Source: an uncultured virus (IMG/VR IMGVR_UViG_3300042808_000075)
Taxonomy: Duplodnaviria > Heunggongvirae > Uroviricota > Caudoviricetes
IMG/VR virus record: IMGVR_UViG_3300042808_000075
Length of the DNA stretch: 64,000 bases
Reading direction: 5' to 3' (one strand)
Shown here one piece after another: positions 58,731-64,000 of this stretch. The position numbers and the translations under genes were made by a program. The stretch's first letter is position 1, and every line of letters starts with the position of its first letter. The notes beneath the pieces were generated by a model. That model did not search any database and was not told the origin of the DNA. It saw only the letters and a program-made list of their open reading frames with translations.

Positions 58731-59000
58731 TTATTGTTCTTTTACAATTACTTTGCCATTGAACATACCATATAAGGATGATTCATAAACTTGATATGTT
58801 TGTGGAGTTTCACCCTCTTTTCTTTCTCTGGTTACAATCCACAGATTGCCCTCTTTCCATGTTGCATTTACAAATGTTTGTCCTGCTGGCAATGTTTCTG
58901 TCATAACTCCACCAAAATAGCGTGTATTAAAATTGCTATTAAAATACATAGCACCACAAAATAGAATTAAAATTACTGCATATACTAATTGTTTATTCAC
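58731..59000 (-). CDS. Small membrane-anchored phage protein
   Basis: TM helix, then FGG..T..LP.G...VNATWK..LW. Confidence 0.85.
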   Translation of the reverse strand: MNKQLVYAVILILFCGAMYFNSNFNTRYFGGVMTETLPAGQTFVNATWKEGNLWIVTRERKEGETPQTYQVYESSLYGMFNGKVIVKEQ

Positions 59001-59069
59001 TTAAAAATCCCCTTTTATTTTATAATAAAAAAACAGGTGCTTTTTTTCAACACCTGTTTTTCAAAATAT

Positions 59070-60131
59070 TTATACATTAACTTCTTTAACCTTACGACTA
59101 CGCTTTTTAGCATCAAAATCGATTTGCAAATATCCAAGTTCAACAGCCGTTTTCTTCATGGCAAATGTACCAAGTTTTTTAATAACTACCGCTGTTAAAT
59201 CATGGAAGTGAATAAACAAGTTGTCAATAATTTGTTTTGTTTCTTCATTAACTACTTCTGTATTAAATGCATTTGTTTTGCAAAGGAAATTCCAAATAGT
59301 TCGGTTGCTTACTTTACCATTTTTGCCTACTTCCAAACCATCCAGTTCAGCGGGAATAACATCCACTTCAATTTGTTTTCTTGGTTTTGCTTGACGTACT
59401 TTAGGGGTAAACTCTTCCCCTAGCAAACCAAGTGTAATTGCTTGTTCTTTTAATTTGGCATTCACATAGCGTTCAAAAACATTTCTTGTTTCGGGTTCAA
59501 AATTGCTAAACAATGCTTTAATTTGTTCATCGTTCAATTCATTGCTTGAAACAAATTTTTTGATACGGTTAACAGTTACTTTCCCACGACTAGAAATCTC
59601 TAGTCCGGTTAACACCTCTGGAATGACAACAGGAGCCATAGGTTGTTTTTCTACTTTAGGTTTTCTTTGTTTCGGTTCTTTTGGTACTTTGTTTGGGTCT
59701 GCTGGTCTGCCACGTCTAGCAGGTTGTGGAATCAATCCCATTTCGATGGCAATTGGCTTTACTTTTTTCAGCATGGCAACGGCTTTAGCTGCTTTTTGCG
59801 AAGCATCAAACCAATCTTTAAGTGCTTGCCTTGCTTCTTCAGTATCCCCACCTTCAAATACTTTAGCAATAGATAGGCTAATACTTTTTACACTATCAGA
59901 AATAGTTTTTCTACCACGTTTTTTATTGGTGGGTTTTTTGTTTTTCAGGTCATTTACTTCAGTTTCCAATTCAATTACTTTTTCTTTAAGTGTAGTTACT
60001 TCTACTTCCAGTTCTCCTACTTTGGTTTCAAGGTTTTCCACTTTTACTTCTGCTTCATGTGCTTGACACAGGCCGCTTGTATTGTCTTTTTTAAGGAATG
60101 CGCTACATTTACTACATCTTTTAGTTTCCAT
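59070..60131 (-). CDS. Zn-finger, coiled-coil and AT-hook-like protein with duplicated C-terminal domain; paralog of 17483
   Basis: CxxC-x10-CxxH; KKRGRK, RRGRP; two IPxxLxGLE..GKV domains. Confidence 0.85.
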   Translation of the reverse strand: METKRCSKCSAFLKKDNTSGLCQAHEAEVKVENLETKVGELEVEVTTLKEKVIELETEVNDLKNKKPTNKKRGRKTISDSVKSISLSIAKVFEGGDTEEARQALKDWFDASQKAAKAVAMLKKVKPIAIEMGLIPQPARRGRPADPNKVPKEPKQRKPKVEKQPMAPVVIPEVLTGLEISSRGKVTVNRIKKFVSSNELNDEQIKALFSNFEPETRNVFERYVNAKLKEQAITLGLLGEEFTPKVRQAKPRKQIEVDVIPAELDGLEVGKNGKVSNRTIWNFLCKTNAFNTEVVNEETKQIIDNLFIHFHDLTAVVIKKLGTFAMKKTAVELGYLQIDFDAKKRSRKVKEVNV

Positions 60132-60254
60132 ATTTTTATCCCCTCTTTTTTTGTTTTATTTTTATTGTAACACTGCTTTTTATTTTTGTAAAGGTTTTTT
60201 TGTGAAGAAATTAAAAAAATCAGCCGTAGTTTTTGCGGCTGATTTAAAACACTA

Positions 60255-60623
60255 TTAAACTACCTTATAAAACAATTCTTTACCATTAAACCTATATAAC
60301 ATAATCATACCGTCTTCGCCAACAAATTTCATAAATGAGCCAGCTTTAATATATGGTGCTAATGCAGTAAATATTTCAAAATCATTACCAAATTTTTCAC
60401 CTGTAAAACAATCAATAGAAAAGCCATCATCTTCTTTTATTAGTTTATAACGAATTGCACCAAAACATTCTTCAATAGTTTTAGCTTGTGCTAAGTTTTT
60501 TTTATCTACCCAACGTAGACTATCAGATTGTTTAGCAAGGTTATTTAATGTTTCAATTACGTTGTTTATGTTATTTTCTTTGATTTTTACATTCACTTCA
60601 ACTAATTCAATACAGTATCCCAT
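60255..60623 (-). CDS. Hypothetical phage protein (start MGYCI)
   Basis: GEK.G.D..F.ALAPYI..GS.M...GEDG. Confidence 0.85.
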   Translation of the reverse strand: MGYCIELVEVNVKIKENNINNVIETLNNLAKQSDSLRWVDKKNLAQAKTIEECFGAIRYKLIKEDDGFSIDCFTGEKFGNDFEIFTALAPYIKAGSFMKFVGEDGMIMLYRFNGKELFYKVV

Positions 60624-60636
60624 TATTATCCCCTTT

Positions 60637-60945
60637 TTAAAGTTTGATTTTTTCACCTGTCAATACATTAACCACCGTTGTTCCTTTACCAAATGTTGCT
60701 TGCATTTCAACTATTTCTTCATGAGAAGGAGTATAGTTTTTCATTGACTCCCTTAATTGATCTAATTCTTGTTGTACCATTTTATCCCGTTTTTCCAAAT
60801 CAACGTGTTCGCCAGAGTTTTTTATTGCCATACTAATATCCAATGGAACGATATGATTATTGCTTTTCCAATATAATACTCCATCTTTGTTTACAATGTT
60901 TTCTTTATATTGTTCAAGCTGTTCTTTGGTAAAATTCATAATCAC
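60637..60945 (-). CDS. Hypothetical phage protein
   Basis: EMQATFGKGTTVVNVLTGEKI. Confidence 0.85.
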   Translation of the reverse strand: MIMNFTKEQLEQYKENIVNKDGVLYWKSNNHIVPLDISMAIKNSGEHVDLEKRDKMVQQELDQLRESMKNYTPSHEEIVEMQATFGKGTTVVNVLTGEKIKL

Positions 60946-61000
60946 ATCCCCCTTTCTATTTTTATTATACTATATTTCTTGTCAATTGTAAAGTAAAATT

Positions 61001-61612
61001 TTAAAAACTTATTTCTTCATAATTTAATGTTTCATTATTGAATTGAAATATTAGCTTAATTGTTTGTGTTCCATTAGTCTCAACAAGAATAATAACAGTA
61101 TCACTTGTTCCATTTTTTTCAATGTGTGAAAAAGGGTTATTGATTTGATATGGTAAACAAGTATCAGTATTAAACCCATTACTTTTGATGACATTCAACA
61201 CTTCACTTTTAAACAAAAAACACTTTAGTAATTCATTTTGGTGTTTACTAATGATTTGTTCTGTTGCTGGCTTATCAAAAAAAACTGTTTCTTGTTGAAA
61301 AATAAAATCCCCTTTTATGATTTGAAATATATCTTTTTTAGACTCAATAAATCCTAGATGATCACAAAACAACAAGGCTAAATCATAACTTTTGAATCTT
61401 ATCTCACCGTTTACAGTTTGAGTTTTGACGATTTTACCTTTGTATTTGTTGATAAAGTTTTCAATATCTTCTTTTTTAATGATAGAATTGATAGTTTTAT
61501 AATCAAATTCCTTAGTTTGTTTTGTGTTTAATGAAATTGAGAACGGATATTCTTTCAATTTAGACCGTTTGTTAAAGTCACAATTAACACTTAACCAATT
61601 TTCTTTTTCCAT
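61001..61612 (-). CDS. Hypothetical protein
   Basis: 203 aa. Confidence 0.8.
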   Translation of the reverse strand: MEKENWLSVNCDFNKRSKLKEYPFSISLNTKQTKEFDYKTINSIIKKEDIENFINKYKGKIVKTQTVNGEIRFKSYDLALLFCDHLGFIESKKDIFQIIKGDFIFQQETVFFDKPATEQIISKHQNELLKCFLFKSEVLNVIKSNGFNTDTCLPYQINNPFSHIEKNGTSDTVIILVETNGTQTIKLIFQFNNETLNYEEISF

Positions 61613-61642
61613 TTTTAAAATCCCCTTTTTATTATATTTTTA

Positions 61643-61888
61643 TCATTTATACTCTTCAAAATCAGAACATAGGAAATAATCACCACAAAGGTACATGTTT
61701 GTTTCATCATTTGATAACAAAAATCTATCACTTTTGCCGACTTCATCTGCATGTTGGTGAGCAACATATAAAAATTCTTGTTTACTTGCTTTCATTTCAA
61801 TGTATGCATTTGAAAAATTAAGCGAACAGCCAACAGATTTTTTGTGCGGTATAACTTTCATTCCAATAATAACATCTTCTCGTTTCAT
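61643..61888 (-). CDS. Hypothetical protein
   Basis: 81 aa, GGAGG RBS. Confidence 0.8.
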   Translation of the reverse strand: MKREDVIIGMKVIPHKKSVGCSLNFSNAYIEMKASKQEFLYVAHQHADEVGKSDRFLLSNDETNMYLCGDYFLCSDFEEYK

Positions 61889-61944
61889 ATGATTCCCTCC
61901 ATAATTTTATTATACTATATTTATTACCAATTGTAAATAATCTT

Positions 61945-62529
61945 TCAATGAAATTTAAAATAAACTCCTTTATAAACAGAATGTTTAATATTCCAACATT
62001 TTTGACAATTATCACAGTGACCGGGACAAACAAATAGTTTTTCTCCTTCCGGTTTAAAACCTGCGTAGCTAAATTTCCCCTTAGAAGGAATAGTTTCTTT
62101 TTTTGTGTCAGGAAAAATAGAATAAACAATAACAAGATTTTTGGGTACTTTAGAAAAATCAAGATGAAAACTTTTAGTGAACGCAAGGAATTTAATATCA
62201 GGAAAATTTTTACAAATTGCAATCCATTTATTCAAATACTTTTGATTATAAAAATCTCCTGATTCATGCAGACGAACGATTTTTTGTTTATTAATTCTTT
62301 TATGATTATTAATATAGTCAATCATTTTTTCAACAAAAGTTTCTGATTGACTATCGATTAAATTTTCTTTTCTGCTGTTTCTAGTTTTTGGGTACATCCT
62401 TTCAGCTTTTTTTGCGTAACATTTTTTCTGGCACATACATGTTGCACCGGGACAAGTTACAGTAGAAGGTAAAGAGAAAGTCGCAAATGACATTTTAGAA
62501 TTTCCATTGCTTAAATACATTAACATCAT
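61945..62529 (-). CDS. GP88-like phage protein
   Basis: GNSK, TCPGAT..C..KCYA, VRLHESGDFY, C-terminal CPG.C..C..C. Confidence 0.8.
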   Translation of the reverse strand: MMLMYLSNGNSKMSFATFSLPSTVTCPGATCMCQKKCYAKKAERMYPKTRNSRKENLIDSQSETFVEKMIDYINNHKRINKQKIVRLHESGDFYNQKYLNKWIAICKNFPDIKFLAFTKSFHLDFSKVPKNLVIVYSIFPDTKKETIPSKGKFSYAGFKPEGEKLFVCPGHCDNCQKCWNIKHSVYKGVYFKFH

Positions 62530-62610
62530 CCTTTCTATAAATATATTATAACATTTTTATTTACATTTGTAAAGAAAAAACAGGCATTTAAAAATACCTG
62601 TTAAAATTGT

Positions 62611-63297
62611 TTAAATTCTATGAATATTATTAAAAACAGCAAAATATTTATCACTATATGATTTATCAACATGATAATGACCAAAGTACCATTGTTTAAA
62701 TTTAGTTTTACGGCAAATATGATCTAAATACAATCCTAGTGAATTTGTTATTGGCATTAATTTATGTTCATGAGCCATCATTTGCAATAATTGATCATGA
62801 CAAGCGTGTGTTATAATATAATCTACTTGCCAATGATTCTTTTCAAGGTTTTTCATTCCTTCTTCAAATTCACTGTGGTTTGGCATCTCTTCAGGCCACC
62901 AACTAATATGTTCTATTCTATATTCTTTATCAACTGATTCGCCACCGCCAAAAGTGAATATCTTTTTATTATCAATGTTAAAAACTTGTCCTCGCATTAA
63001 ATGATAAACTGAATCATTAATTTTATGAACCTTCCCACCATGCCATTCTTCCACTGGATAATTGTTAATTGTTGGGAAGCATTCGTGGTTTCCGTCAACG
63101 AAGAGTGTAGTGTAGTTTTTATACTCTAATTGTTTTAATGTTTCTTTTTCTTTGCTATTGTTTGAAAAAATATATCCAAAATCTCCTGCAATAATAACAT
63201 AATCTTTTTTAGTTAACATGGTTTGTTCTGGGAATTTATCTACTTCTAATTTATCACTATCAATTGTACCATGAGTATCGCCAGTTATATATATCAT
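62611..63297 (-). CDS. Calcineurin-like metallophosphoesterase
   Basis: GDTHG, GDFG, DGNHE, ITH, WYFGHYH. Confidence 0.9.
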   Translation of the reverse strand: MIYITGDTHGTIDSDKLEVDKFPEQTMLTKKDYVIIAGDFGYIFSNNSKEKETLKQLEYKNYTTLFVDGNHECFPTINNYPVEEWHGGKVHKINDSVYHLMRGQVFNIDNKKIFTFGGGESVDKEYRIEHISWWPEEMPNHSEFEEGMKNLEKNHWQVDYIITHACHDQLLQMMAHEHKLMPITNSLGLYLDHICRKTKFKQWYFGHYHVDKSYSDKYFAVFNNIHRI

Positions 63298-63366
63298 TTT
63301 ATTTCACCCTTTTAATGTTGTTATTTTATTATACAAGATAAATAAAATTATTTTAAACTATAAATA

Positions 63367-63957
63367 TTAATTAATTATTAACCTGTAATATAAACTTTTG
63401 TTTTTGTATCCCAAACTAATTGTTTGCAAATCAGCTACACCATTTTTGCCAATAATAAATCCTGTTATATTTTTTTCGATTCCAAAATATAATCGTTTTG
63501 TATCAAGTATTTCACCTATTCTATTTTTTAATTGAAAAATTATATATAGCTTTCTTATTTTCTTTTCTAATTCAATATCATGGTTGTTATTGTTCATTAT
63601 GTTTTTCCAATTATCTAAAAATATATCAAATATATCATGTGACAATAAAGAGTATTCATTTTCGATAATTTCACGATAATATATATTTGTTAATGTTATT
63701 AAATGCATTCTAGCTTTTGTAAATTCATGTTCACATTTTTGAAACTTATTTAAATATAAAAACATATTTTTGTATGCTTCATTTTGTTCTTTTGAGACAA
63801 TATTCTTTATTTTATCCCATTCTTCATAACAAACATCTATATTTAATAATTTAATTCTTTCTATAGCTGTTTCAAGTTTTCTACAGATTCTTATTATTTC
63901 TGTTTCTGCTATTATTATATTTTTCATTGCTCTATCTAAATCTTCATTGATAAACAT
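63367..63957 (-). CDS. Hypothetical protein; C-terminus related to 5440..5952
   Basis: AAGGAGG RBS before MFINE; G.IIG.NG.A...TI..GY. Confidence 0.75.
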   Translation of the reverse strand: MFINEDLDRAMKNIIIAETEIIRICRKLETAIERIKLLNIDVCYEEWDKIKNIVSKEQNEAYKNMFLYLNKFQKCEHEFTKARMHLITLTNIYYREIIENEYSLLSHDIFDIFLDNWKNIMNNNNHDIELEKKIRKLYIIFQLKNRIGEILDTKRLYFGIEKNITGFIIGKNGVADLQTISLGYKNKSLYYRLIIN

Positions 63958-64000
63958 TGCATTGCCTCCTTTTATGTCTATTTTTTCATTGTAACACAAA

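Noticed and set aside
944..60747. Most + strand and nested ORFs in the track (e.g. 17558..18190, 45366..45818, 59503..60066, 3602..3904)
   Set aside because: They are antisense or off-frame shadows of minus-strand genes and lack RBS or promoter
600..62610. Classical integron
   Set aside because: No IntI and no attC core sites are recognisable; the repeats are terminator/promoter/RBS modules
1..64000. Genome-wide stop-codon reassignment (TAG=Gln or TAA/TAG=Gln)
   Set aside because: TAG aligns with TGA at the ends of paralogs (56023 vs 54934; the 13-aa peptides), most genes end in TAA, and long genes are intact in code 11

Overview
Very AT-rich 64 kb window that reads as the early/accessory (host-takeover-type) region of a large phage, or phage-like element, of a low-GC Firmicute. 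The host assignment is inferred from sigmaA-type promoters, strong AAGGAG RBSs and CodY-like boxes. About 100 mostly small hypothetical genes lie almost all on the minus strand. Most are stand-alone cassettes bounded by a repeated terminator hairpin, TTTACA-17-TGnTATAAT promoter and AAGGAGATAA RBS (more than 70 copies by manual count). Recognisable cargo: ArdC, a large SAM methyltransferase, two YaiI/YqxD proteins, a CCA-adding/HD enzyme, Rnl1- and Rnl2-type RNA ligases, an RTX-metalloprotease, an orphan TnpB-like nuclease, radical SAM, IrrE-like, VWA, GP88-like and metallophosphoesterase proteins. No structural, replication, integrase or Cas genes are seen. The most unusual signal lies below the ORF track: consensus promoters driving a triplicated 13-aa cationic peptide, 2-6-codon minigenes with extended complementarity to the 16S 3' end, a 4-5-copy ~35-nt G-rich candidate small RNA, and a degenerate tRNA. 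Several genes are split by single in-frame stop codons. All family calls come from motif recognition by eye; no database search was run.
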